Origin: Octopus sinensis
Taxonomy: Eukaryota
Direction: 5' to 3'
Assembly (NCBI RefSeq): GCF_006345805.1
Contig: NC_042999.1
Coordinates: 163,246,001 to 163,310,000 of the forward strand
DNA: 64,000 nt
Both the position numbers and the translations under genes were made by a program. The notes beneath the pieces were generated by a model. The model saw only the letters and a list, made by a program, of their open reading frames with translations, was not told the DNA's origin and made no database searches. Numbering within the stretch: position 1 is the stretch's first letter; each line of letters begins with the position of its first letter. Positions 12,477-23,798 of the stretch are shown here, in pieces.

Positions 12477-13347
12477 TTCTCAAACACGGCATTTTATTTT
12501 ACAGACCTCAGAAAGATAAAAGCGTCTCAGTTTAATCCATTGTTTGACCTTCATGGAATTTGAACATGGGACATATGAAGCCAAAATAAATGCCATAAGA
12601 AATTTTGTTTAATGCTCCAATGATTCTACGATCTATTGCTCATGCCATATGTAGCCCTAATAATATTTCCTTATGTAGGCATAACATCAACAGTTTGAAA
12701 GTAAGGGTTAGATCAATTAAATCAGCCTAATATTTTACTGATACTTTATTTTGTTGATCCCAGAAGAATGAGAGGCAAAATTAACCTTGGCAGAATTTGA
12801 ACTCAGAACACAAAGAGTTCAAATAATAGTAATATTAATTGTTTCTAAGATGCACAAGACCAGAAACTTTGGGGAATCTGCTGCAAGAAAAGACAAAAAC
12901 AGTAAATGAGTAAATCAAAACCAAAGATGACATACATTGCTTCACAGTTCATGGAAGTATCAAAAAATTTCAAATAAAAAGGAAGCAAAAATATAGAAAT
13001 AAAACTCCATTTTTTTTCCTTCTGAATCAAAATAACTCTAAAGTTCATTTGCAAAGTCAAGGGGGTGTGTGCATGCGAGAGAGAGAGAAATAATTGGGAT
13101 GTCAATAATAAAACACAAAGTATGTTTGTAACTGCAAAACAAACATGTTTTCAAGAATTAAGTTTTTTTCTTTCACTTGACAAAATAATTTCAAGATTCA
13201 AACTATTTCAAAATGTTTTGTCACATAAGAAAAAAAAAAGAAGAAACCAAATTCTCTCTTTTCTCTCTGATCTCCAGCAGGCAGGGCTATCCTTTTTATA
13301 TCTTTGCACACTATCTGTAGCTTCATTTTGGTCTCATTATGTCTTTT

Positions 13348-13382
13348 CTACCGCCATATACGGCAGCTGTTATCTTTACTAC
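13348..13382 (-). CDS. DAW1: DAW1 terminal coding exon (not in the supplied ORF track)
   Basis: tacag/GT AGT AAA GAT AAC AGC TGC CGT ATA TGG CGG TAG = (G)SKDNSCRIWR*, matching the DAW1 C-terminus GSKDNTCRIWR. The phase 1 acceptor fits the upstream donor. The 3' UTR end could not be determined. Confidence 0.9.
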
Positions 13383-13500
13383 CTGTACAATGAATAGAAC
13401 CAAAATTATTAGCATCCATTAAAAGTTATTTTTAGGAAGTACAAAGTCAGAAATGATACAGCATTGAATTAAACTCTTAACAATATTTAGTTCTATTCTG

Positions 13501-13941
13501 TCTTTTACTCTCTTTTACTTGTTTCAGTCATTTGACTGCGGCCATGCTGGAGCACCACCTTCTAATCGAGCAACTCGACCCTGGGACTTATTCTTTGTTA
13601 GCCCAGTACTTATTCTATCGGTCTCTTTTTGCTGAACCGCTAAGTGATGGGGACATAAACACACCAGCATCAGTTGTCAAGTAATGCTAGGGGGACAAGC
13701 ACAGACACACAAACACACACACATACATACATATATAAATATATATATATACGACGGGCTTCTTTCAGTTTCCGTCTACCAAATCCACTCACAAGGCTTT
13801 GGTCGGCCCGAGGCTATAGTAGGTCGGCCCTACTTTGGTCGGCCCGAGGCTATATAGACACTTGCCCAAGGGTCCACGCAGTGGGACTGAACCCGGAACC
13901 ATGTGGTTGGTAAACAAGCTACTTACCACACAGCCACTCCT
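13501..13941 (-). mobile_element. SINE family A
   Basis: Same consensus as 24-441; internal duplication of ggtcggcccgaggctata at about 13801-13858. Confidence 0.8.
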
Positions 13942-14093
13942 ATCTATTTTATGAGTGCAAATCTTAATAAAAATTAACCCTAATTTTGTACTGAAATTGA
14001 TTTAATTCATTTACATTCCTTTCCTTCAATATGAAGATTATTTATTAAACTAGTTCAATACTTATTGCTATGTTGCTAGATAAAAATATTTCT

Positions 14094-14262
14094 TGGCTGT
14101 GTGGTAAGTAGCTTGCTTACCAACCACATGGTTCCAGGTTCAGTCCCACTGCGTGGCACTTTGGGCAAGTGTTCTCTACTATAGCCTCAGGCCAACCAAA
14201 GCCTTGTGAGTGGATTTGGTAGATGGAAACTGAAAGATGCCCTTCATATGTGTGTATGTGTG

Positions 14263-14350
<88 letters not shown>

Positions 14351-14545
14351 GTTCCCCCAACATCGCTTGACAACTGACGTTGGTGTGTTCACGTCCCCAT
14401 AACTTAGCAGTTCAGCAAAAGAGACCGATAGAATAAGTACTAGGCTTATAAAGAATAAGTCATGGGGTCGATTTGTTTGACTAAAGACAGTGCTCCAGTA
14501 TGGCCACAGTCAAATGACTGGAACAAATAAAAAAATAAAAGAATA
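14094..14545 (+). mobile_element. SINE family A
   Basis: TGGCTGTGTGG head and GGTTCAGTCCC B box; long (TG)n centre; A-rich tail. Confidence 0.8.
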
Positions 14546-14864
14546 TACCTTCATAAATTGTGCAAATAATGTTTAGATTGACTTTCTTGGTGAACATTAA
14601 ATAATAGTTTGAATACTGTTGAAGAATAACATTTATTTAAAACACTAACAGATTTGCACTTAAAAATTTGTGGTTTTAATCAAAACTTGTTAGTTACTTC
14701 AGTGACAACAATACATACCTACCTCTTTATCTGTCTTTCACATGCATGCACTCATGCACACACACACTCACTGTATTTCTCTCTCAACAACCCTTCCTCT
14801 TCCCCTTGTTTTATTCAAAGCGAAAGTCTGTATTGCATTTTTTATATGTTGAAAGACACACAAA

Positions 14865-14918
<54 letters not shown>

Positions 14919-15005
14919 AATAAGCAAACAATCAAAAAGAAAAAAAAACTATATATCTTTCAAAACTTCTCATTCACAATGGTGACAACACTATCTATCT
15001 AGCTA

Positions 15006-15046
<41 letters not shown>

Positions 15047-16047
15047 CTCTCTCTCTCTCTCTCCTCTCTTAACAACAACTCTTCCTGTTCCCTCTTTCTA
15101 ATAGATGTTGTGAAAGACAGACACAGAGATCCATTTGTCCTTTGTAATATAAGATTACCACATTTACACATCTCCTAAAAGAAGAAATCTCTCTTCATAT
15201 GGTGATCAGTTCCATGCACAGAAAATGGCAAAGGTGAAAGAGGTCAAACTACTGAACACAACCTAAGCTATGATACATCTTAGCTATGATCTTTAGTTAT
15301 GGCCAGTGCTGGAAAAGACCCATAAAAGATCTAAGCACTTATGATTTTGGTGTAATTCAAAATATAAACAATAATAAACCATAAAATCAATTTATATTTT
15401 CCAAAATGAAACAAAACTAACAGAAAGATGGATAATAATGTTAATTTTTTATACTTCCACTTTATATTTGAAAAGTTTTCTCCTACTTTTTTTAATTGCA
15501 AAGTTTTTGATCAGATCCTCAAATGAGGTCCTGCTTCTAGACTTAGTAGAAATAAGGCATTCCAAATATTATTTTAGCATGCAATTTCTTCCTTTTTTTT
15601 TTATCATTTCATTATATGTAAACCCCTACACTTTATGTCTTTGTATTGTCTCCCTCATCCTCCACCCTGATGGTAAATAAAAGAAATCATCATCATCATC
15701 ATTATTACTTTTGAGATTTTTACATGAATACAACTTATATAAGTCAAATGGTACACATGCCATGAAAAATGTTATTGCAGTCAGACTCTATCGTTAATAC
15801 AACTCTATCATTGTCCTTTCTGTTATAGGCACAAGTCCTGAAATTTTGAGGGAAGGGGATAGTTGATTACATCAACCCCAGTGCTCAACTGGTGCTTATT
15901 TCATCAACCCCAAAAGGATGAAAGTCAAAGTTGACCTTGGTGGAATTTGAACTTAGAATGTGAAGCTGGAAGAAATGTCACTAATAATTCTGTTAGCTTG
16001 CTGCCTTAATGATAATAAAATCATTATAGCCATTAAAAATGCACATA

Positions 16048-16516
16048 GTGTCTATCTATGATGTTTTTCTATTAGTGAATGAAGCTCATGTGTCCGCATG
16101 CATTCCACGCATTATTATTGCTGGTTTTCAGAGCACTAGAATTCTGCCATTCAATAGTGACATATTTTCAGATGGAGATTATGCACCAGCAGATGTCTCA
16201 GGTAAAGAATATCATGCAGGTTCGGATCCAAATGGAAGCACAGCAGGCCCAGCAAGGAACCCTGATGCACCCACAGCAGGCCCAGCAGAGAACCCTGATG
16301 CACCCACAGCAGGCATGGCAGGGAATCCTGATGTACCTACAGCAGGCCCAGCAAGGTACCCTGATGAATCCATAGCAGGCCCAGCAAGGAACCCTGATGC
16401 ACCCACAGCTAGCCCAACAGGGAACCCTACTATAAATACTGTGGGTTATTACAACCCCAGATGCTGGTCCATCATCTACATATGTATCACCTAGGGATAT
16501 ACAGCCTTTACCTAAA
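16048..16516 (+). repeat. Isolated internal fragment of the pogo-like transposase gene (matches 18623-19107)
   Basis: Same GFQSTxILPFNSDIFSDGDYAPAD segment and 33-bp minisatellite; no TIRs. Confidence 0.8.
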
Positions 16517-19500
16517 TTCAATTGTTTTACTAAGCTAAATGGTAGAGCAGCAGATTAAATGACTTGTACTCAGTTATGCACCTTTACACTTGAGTATGCT
16601 TTTGCTTTTCATGCTTTCAGGGTAAATAAGTACCAGTCTTGTACTAGGCTTGATCTAATCAACTGTGTTTCTCCACAACATTTATGGCTGTGTACCTATG
16701 TTAGAAATAATTATTTTGTAATAATAATATTATATACAACAAAGTAGCAAATTATCTCACTATATGCCTATGATCTGGTTATAGAGTTGAGAAACTTGAA
16801 GAATTTAAGTACTCATTATTATTTAACCCGAGATCAATTCTGATTGTGCAGTTCTATAATTACATCCACTCCACCTGTGACCATCCTATCCTTTTTTTAG
16901 GACTAAAACTGCAGGGTATGATTTGAAAGATATTTGGATATTTTTTTAGCAAGTCATGCAATCACTTAGAGCAGTGGTTCTCAACTGGGGTCCATATAAG
17001 ATTTTTGGGGGTCCATGCAACAAAATAGTAAACTGGAGATCCACAGTAGTATTTTAAGGGCCCCTGAAAAAATTTTACTTTAGATGTATGTATTGGTATG
17101 TATTGCAAGAAACAGCTAAGTTTCTTTCTCTAACATTTTAGAGGAGATCCAGGTGAGTTGAGCCACAAGGAGAGTTGATCCACCCCCTAGAACTACTACT
17201 TGCATTCCAGAAAGAAAGTTCAAACGTCCTCTGTTGGTAGAGTGTCACATATTTTTCTTTTCAGTTAAGGCAAATAACAGCTCTATGGACATGAGGTGAA
17301 GGAAGAGAATTGTTCAAGAAAGTGAATTTCAGAGCTAGAGGTAAGACCCTTTCTATTAATTACATAGGAACAGTTATTTTTGTGGCATTGTAGGCAACAT
17401 GTAGCCTATGCATTGTAGATTTATTGAGGAGGTTTTGATCGAATTTGACACAACTGCCTTGAAGTGAGTCAAAGGACATGTCAAAATGGCTGACCTGGGG
17501 AGAGATGAGCCATTAATCACTAGGAGACTAGGTCCATGGTTCAACTCTCCTTTTTTCTAAATTGAGATACTATTTACATTTGGGGGGGGGGTTCAGACAA
17601 TGCCACAGATCTACAAAAGGAAATCGGATTGTGGGAGTGATGCGCTATTGCTTAATTGAGCAGCAAAAGCAGTCCAAGAGGGGAACAGTGTTTGGGCTGC
17701 CACACAAGCATTTGATGGAGACGGAATGACACTCGAGCAGTTTATGGATAGACAGAAAAGTGATCCTCAAGGAGAAAACGGATATAAGAACTGTCAACTG
17801 AAGAATATGATATTTCTCCCAGAAATGGAAAGCGAGCTAGCAGATCACACAAAAACAACAACAAGCTTCGAAAGACAAATGTCAAAGCTTAGTGTATGAA
17901 TATGCTGTGGAGAATGGAATTGATGTTCCTGATAACTGGAAAACAAGCAAAAAAGCAGGGTAAAGTTTACAGTTGAGCTTCAAAAGTCACCATAACCTTT
18001 CCATTCGCAGCCCATGAGCTACTGTGTTTAATTGTCATACTGTGTGCCAGTTTTACAATAACCTTGCCAAAGTAATGGATCGACACAGATTTGAAGCACA
18101 GGATATATACAATCTTGATGAAACAAGATGCCATACTGTATAAAAGCCTGGAATCATGAAAGTTGGCTCAGTCACATCGGGCGAAAGAGGTGAATTGGTG
18201 ACTGTTGTTAACGCTGTCAATGCTGGTGGTGGAGTGCTTCTGCCCTTCCTGATTTTTCCCTGTGTGAACTATTGTGATCATTTCATACATGGAGCACCAG
18301 TGGGCTCCAATGGGCTCCAATGGAGAAGCCACAAGATCAGGATGGTTCAATGAATAAACTTTTGTGAAGTACCTTCAATCATTTCATGAAACAAACACAT
18401 TGCTCTCCAGACAGAAAGATGTTCCTCATTCTAGATAATCATGACGCTCATGTTTCAATAGCAGCAGTTGAGAAGGCAAAGGCAAATGGCATTGTGCTGT
18501 TAACAATCACCTCACACACACCCCACAAACTTCAACCCTCAAACAAGACGATATATGGACCATACAAAAGGGCCTACTCATGAGCAAAGAATGGGTGGAT
18601 GCGATCCAATCCTGGCAAAACGGTGTCCACCTATGATGTTTCTCTGTTAGTGAATGTCTCTGTTAGTGAATAAAGTTCAAATGTCAGTATGCATTCAACG
18701 TAATATTCTCACAGGTTTTCAGAGCACTGGAATTCTGCCATTCAATAGTGACATATTTTCAGATGGAGATTATGCACCAGCAGATGTCTCAGGTAAAGAA
18801 TATCATGCAGGTTCAGATCCAAATGGAAACACAGCAGGCCCAGCAAGGAACCCTGATGCACCCACAGCAGGCCCAGCAGAGAACCCTAATGCACCCACAG
18901 CAAGCATGGCAGGGAATCCTGATGTAACCACAGCAGGCCTGGCAAGGTAGCCTGATGAATCCATAGCGGGCCCAGCAAGGAACCCTGATGCACCCACAGC
19001 TAGCCCAGCTGGGAACCCTACTATAAACACTGTGGGCTATTACAACCCCAGATGCTGGTCCATTATCTACATATGTATCACCTAGGGATATACAGCCTTT
19101 ACCTAAAGCAGGGCCCCAGAAGATGAAAGTTCCCAACAGAAAGAGAAGTAGTACTAAAATATTGACTGACACACCACTTAGAGATGAGATTGCAGCAGCA
19201 AAAGTAGTCAGAGAAAGGAAGAATGAAGCCAAGAAACTCTCTGCCACAGCAAAGAAATCTTTGTTCACAAAGATCACAAGAATCAACAGCAAAATGATGC
19301 CATATGATGACAGTACATTGTCCAATGAAAGTGAGTCCGAGATGAAAATAATTTATGACAACATTGATGACACTGGAGAAGAAGATCAGTTGATGAGTTT
19401 GAAGGAGATGAGTTTGAAGGAGATTTTCTTCGTTGTGTGTTGAGCATGCATAACTGCTCTACATTTGTTGTAGATGCCAAGGATGAAGCACTTTGGTCAA

Positions 19501-20178
19501 AGTCAGACATCGCAAAGAATTACAAATGCCAGCCATTCTTGGAACATCCCGCCGCACATATTTTCAGTTTCACTGTAATCTCAATGGATGGAACCTGCAG
19601 TAATTTTGGCATCAACTTTGACATCTTGTGTTCTTAACATTCTATATTTCTTTGGACTCCGAGTGATTGTTTGACTCGAGAAGAGTGTTGAAACTTGCCT
19701 TTCCCTATGTTTTGCTTAATATTTGACTGTTTTTAGATTCTGTTAGCAAATGTCATCGTATTTCTATTCACAAAATCACGCATAATTATGGCAACAATTA
19801 TCATTGTACCAGCACTTTATACTAGGCAATGCAGGTAAATTCACAAGCAAAATGTGGTGTGGTGTTGAAGGAGTGTGACGGAGCGGGAGGGAGCGGAAGT
19901 GGGTCTTGCAGGTCTTGCAGGGCGCATGCGCCGGTGGAAGCGGAAGTGACAGACAGAACGCACGTGCGGCATTGACCAGGCCAGACAGACTCGAGAACGA
20001 CGCGAAGACGACAAGACGCTAGCAAGTTGGCTGAAGGCGAATCCGACTTCATCTCCTCAGGTAAGACCAAATTACACTTCTAATTCTTTCCTTGTTCTGT
20101 TACGCTCCTTTCACCACACATATTACAAGCTATTTCGGCAAAATAATCACTCGGTTTCGTAAAAAAAAAAAAAAAATT

Positions 20179-20934
20179 ATGCAGGCTGCTATGATTTCAC
20201 GCGACCCTATAACACCGTTTTGCGGCGACACCGACGTGGTCGCTTGGTTGAGGAGGGTAAAATTGGTGGCGAAGCTACACGGCATAGCTAACCTGGCTAG
20301 TTTTATGCCGTTGTATTTGGATGGCCCGGCGTTGGCGTTATATCTGGAGATGGAGGAGACGGACCAACTCAGCGCGGACAAGGTGGAGATCCGACTTATG
20401 GAGGCCTTCGCGGAAGGAATGTTTGAAGCGTACACTCGACTGGGTAGAATGAGGTGGACAGGACAACAGGTGGACGTGTTCGCTGGCGAGCGTAGAAGGT
20501 TGGCTAAACTTGCGGGATATGAGGGAGAGTCGCTAGAACGCACGGTCAGGTTAGCGTTCGTGACCGGCTTTCCCGACATCATGTCGGTCGAGCTACAGAA
20601 GCTCCCGAACGTGCGTTCGATGCCGATGGCCGAGATCATATCGCGGGCACGTGTACTGGTGTCGTGCAGCAGGTTGACGTCGGTAGCAGCGACTGTAACG
20701 TCGAAAAGTGGCCCAGCTAGGAGCAACGGAGAGGGGCTGGGGAAAGAACGCGTGCGATCGTTCAAGGGACAGTGTTTCCGGTGCCAGGGCCCACACATGG
20801 TCCGTGACTGCGCGTCGCCCAAGCCTGAGGTGATTTGCTACCGGTGTCGAGAGCCGGGGCATGTGGCCAGCAAGTGTCTGCGGGGAAACGGACCGCGGGA
20901 GACTACTGCGCCGGTAGTTGTCCCTTTGGATTAG
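20179..20934 (+). CDS. gag: gag with two CCHC knuckles
   Basis: ATG follows an A16-TT leader; knuckles CFRCQGPHMVRDC and CYRCREPGHVASKC. Confidence 0.88.
   Translation: MQAAMISRDPITPFCGDTDVVAWLRRVKLVAKLHGIANLASFMPLYLDGPALALYLEMEETDQLSADKVEIRLMEAFAEGMFEAYTRLGRMRWTGQQVDVFAGERRRLAKLAGYEGESLERTVRLAFVTGFPDIMSVELQKLPNVRSMPMAEIISRARVLVSCSRLTSVAATVTSKSGPARSNGEGLGKERVRSFKGQCFRCQGPHMVRDCASPKPEVICYRCREPGHVASKCLRGNGPRETTAPVVVPLD
20883..20924 (+). promoter_or_regulatory. -1 ribosomal frameshift cassette
   Basis: G_GGA_AAC in the gag frame (20883-20889), a 7-nt spacer, then the stem-loop GGGAGACTAC...GTAGTTGTCCC; pol is in the -1 frame. Confidence 0.8.
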
Positions 20935-23798
20935 TAGCTGCGCGTTTCTCATCGTTACCTGTGGTCGACATTCTGGTGAAGGGGAAGATGTCGCGAGCCC
21001 TGGTGGACACGGGCTGTACGACGACCCTGATGACCACAGAAGTGGCAGAGACGTGGAGTGGAGGAAGCAGTGTTAGGGCAGTCGACGGAAGAGAAGTGCA
21101 CTGCGAAGGGGTTACGGATGCGCAGATTGTGGTGCAGGGACTGCAGCTGACGTTGCGAGCGATTGTGGTCGGTCACTTGGTGGACGAGATCGACGTGGTG
21201 ATGGGGATGGATGCGATCACCCGTCTGGGAGGTGTTACCATCAACGAGGCTGGCGTAACGTTTGGGCTAGCAGGGAAGCCGCGTAGGGCGAGACCACGCA
21301 CCGACGACAACTGTGAGGAAATGGATGCGGCGCACACCATTGAAGACCAGGATTTTCGGGCTGTCTTTGATGGCGAGAGGTGGACAGTGGAGTGGCACTG
21401 GAAGGGAGAGCCCCCGATGTTAAAGAACAAAGTGGGCTGCTATCAGCATACTCTAAAAGGAGATGCCAGAAGTGAGTTCGAGGGGGAGGTGGAGCGGTGG
21501 ATTAAGGAGGGCATACTGATCCCCTGGGAAAAAGAAGAGAGCGGAGTCCTGCCACTGATGGCGGTGATACAGCCCACAAAGCGTAAGGTCAGGCCAGTGC
21601 TCGACTTCCGAGAGCTGAATGACCACGTGTCGTGTCATACAGGCGGCGAGGCCACGGATGTCTGCGGAGACACCTTGCGAGAGTGGAGGCAGATGGCGGG
21701 GGCCTCCACGATTGTCGATTTAAAGTCGGCATACCTTCAGGTTCATGTGGCTGAGAAACTATGGAGGTACCAGCTCGTCAGGTATAGGGGCCGGACGTAC
21801 TGTCTGACCAGGTTGGGATTCGGGCTGAATTCAGCTCCGAAGATTATGGCAACAATTCTCAAGGCCGTCCTGGGGAAGGTGGACAGAGTAAAAAGGGCCA
21901 CCAATTCATACATCGACGACATTCTGGTGGATGAAACCGTGATGCCAGCAACGGAGGTCATAGGCCACCTGAAGAGTTTTGGACTGATCGCCAAGCCGCC
22001 AGAGGCTATGGAGGGAGGTGCTGCACTGGGCCTCAAGCTATGGAGAGACAAAGCCGGCGCCTTGGTGTTCCGGCGAGGGAATGAGATCCCTGAACTGGGC
22101 GCCAGCATGAGTAGACGGGAGCTGTTCTCTGTGTGTGGGAAACTGGTGGGACACTACCCGATTGCAGGCTGGCTCCGGACAGCATGTAGCTTCATCAAGA
22201 GACGAGCCGAAGGAGTGAAGTGGAATGATAAAGTGGGGGAGAGGACGATCGACATGATGCAGGAAGTCCTGGTCAGAGTAGGAGCAGAGGACCCGGTGAG
22301 GGGCAGCTGGTATGTTCCCAAATCAAAGAGCGGGATCGTATGGTGTGACGCCAGTAGCATCGCAATAGGGGTCGTCTTGGAAGTGGGAGGTGTCACGGTG
22401 GAAGATGCAGCCTGGCTCAGGAAGATGGATGACTGCAGTCACATCAACGTGGCGGAGTTGGAAGCCGTGCTGAAGGGGGTGAACCTAGCCTTGAAGTGGG
22501 GGTTGCACACCATAGAAATCAGGACTGATTCGGCCACTGTACTTGGTTGGGCGACGGCAGTCATCACCGATGAGCGGAGGGTGCGGACCAAAGGGGCTGT
22601 AGAGATGCTGGTAAAGCGTCGATTGGGGATACTGCGTGAACTGACCACTGAGTTCAATCTGAAGCTGAGCGTGATCTTTGTGCCTTCCGAGAAGAACAGG
22701 GCAGACGTCCTGACCAGGGTTAAGCGAGCCTGGTTGCAAGTGCCAGAGGATGCGAAGCAGGATGTAGCTGCAGTATGCCATCTGAGCGACTCGGAGTTGC
22801 GGAGACTGCACACCATGCATCACATGGGTGTGGACAGGACGTTGTTCCTGGCCAGAAAAGTCGACTCCGACGTAACAAGACAGAGCGTGCGGAGAGTGGT
22901 TAGCAGTTGTGACAGGTGCCAGTCCATCGACCCTGCTCCGGTCGTGCATGAAGCGGGAAGTATTCCAGTGGACCAGGACTGGAGACGACTGGCGGTGGAC
23001 ATAACACACTACCGGCAGGGGACATACCTCTCAATGGTTGACTGCGGACCGGGGCGGTTCGCCATATGGAGGGAGATGAGGTCAGGAACCGCAGAAGAAA
23101 TTGCGAAAGTGCTGAACGAGATATTCCTGGAACGAGGCCCCATGGATGAACTGCTTCTGGACAACGGCACTGCATTTCGCTCGGAGGCGCTGAGAGAAAT
23201 GCTTGATGAGTGGAAGGTCAACCGCTTCTTCAGAGCGGCATACCGGCCAAGTGGAAACGGGGTGGTGGAAAGGCATCATCGTACCATCAAGGCCATGGCA
23301 GAGAGGGGTCACATTTCACCAGTCGAGGCCGTGTTTTGGTACAACATGTCGCCCAGATCAGGACAGGCCGAGGAGTCGGTGCCACACAGGGCAATATTCA
23401 GGTACGAGTGGAGGCATCCGTGTACTACATCAACGCGACCCGGGGCAGAGGAAGAGCACGCCTTCGTGCAGGTCGGGGAGGAAGTCTGGGTAAAACCCCC
23501 AAACGCACGGTGTACATCGCAATGGGGAAAGGGGACAATAACCTCCGTAAATTCAAAGAATAACATCTCGGTCGATGGTATGCCACGCCACGTTTTAGAC
23601 ATACGGAGGATTGTCCATGCCCCGGAGGATGGGACAAGCAACAGTGGGCAAGACGATAACAACAGACAGGATGACGAGGTCGGCAGCAACACGCCAGAAA
23701 CAAGTCCTAGGGTCGCGAAACCAGTTTCAGGTGCGGGAGCAAGTGAGGAAGCCGGTTCAGTGATCTATAGATCAGGGGGGCGTGTGGTGTGGTGTTGA
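20883..23798 (+). CDS. pol: pol (PR-RT-RNase H-IN), reached by a -1 frameshift
   Basis: LVDTGC (PR); RPVLDFRELN, LGFGLNSAP and YIDD (RT); DAS/ELEAV/TDS (RNase H); HHCC plus D,D(35)E-type motifs (IN). The stop lies just inside the 3' LTR. Confidence 0.9.
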   Translation, partial: GKRTAGDYCAGSCPFGLVAARFSSLPVVDILVKGKMSRALVDTGCTTTLMTTEVAETWSGGSSVRAVDGREVHCEGVTDAQIVVQGLQLTLRAIVVGHLVDEIDVVMGMDAITRLGGVTINEAGVTFGLAGKPRRARPRTDDNCEEMDAAHTIEDQDFRAVFDGERWTVEWHWKGEPPMLKNKVGCYQHTLKGDARSEFEGEVERWIKEGILIPWEKEESGVLPLMAVIQPTKRKVRPVLDFRELNDHVSCHTGGEATDVCGDTLREWRQMAGASTIVDLKSAYLQVHVAEKLWRYQLVRYRGRTYCLTRLGFGLNSAPKIMATILKAVLGKVDRVKRATNSYIDDILVDETVMPATEVIGHLKSFGLIAKPPEAMEGGAALGLKLWRDKAGALVFRRGNEIPELGASMSRRELFSVCGKLVGHYPIAGWLRTACSFIKRRAEGVKWNDKVGERTIDMMQEVLVRVGAEDPVRGSWYVPKSKSGIVWCDASSIAIGVVLEVGGVTVEDAAWLRKMDDCSHINVAELEAVLKGVNLALKWGLHTIEIRTDSATVLGWATAVITDERRVRTKGAVEMLVKRRLGILRELTTEFNLKLSVIFVPSEKNRADVLTRVKRAWLQVPEDAKQDVAAVCHLSDSELRRLHTMHHMGVDRTLFLARKVDSDVTRQSVRRVVSSCDRCQSIDPAPVVHEAGSIPVDQDWRRLAVDITHYRQGTYLSMVDCGPGRFAIWREMRSGTAEEIAKVLNEIFLERGPMDELLLDNGTAFRSEALREMLDEWKVNRFFRAAYRPSGNGVVERHHRTIKAMAERGHISPVEAVFWYNMSPRSGQAEESVPHRAIFRYEWRHPCTTSTRPGAEEEHAFVQVGEEVWVKPPNARCTSQWGKGTITSVNSKNNISVDGMPRHVLDIRRIVHAPEDGTSNSGQDDNNRQDDEVGSNTPETSPRVAKPVSGAGASEEAGSVIYRSGGRVVWC

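Noticed and set aside
12480-13347. DAW1 polyadenylation signal
   Set aside because: Candidate AATAAA on the minus strand (about 12745-12750 and 12493-12498) lie in or near repeats; cannot choose without 3' end data.
16240-16430. Regular 33-bp repeats resembling a CRISPR array
   Set aside because: Tandem units without unique spacers, inside a eukaryotic transposase fragment; no cas genes.
19853-20127. Tf1-style self-priming as the explanation for the odd PBS
   Set aside because: No GCCGAAATAGCT-like sequence is present in the LTR, so the transcript 5' end cannot pair with the PBS.
20130-20822. 230-aa ORF antisense to gag, and similar antisense ORFs over both pol genes
   Set aside because: Shadow ORFs expected in GC-rich coding DNA; no motifs.
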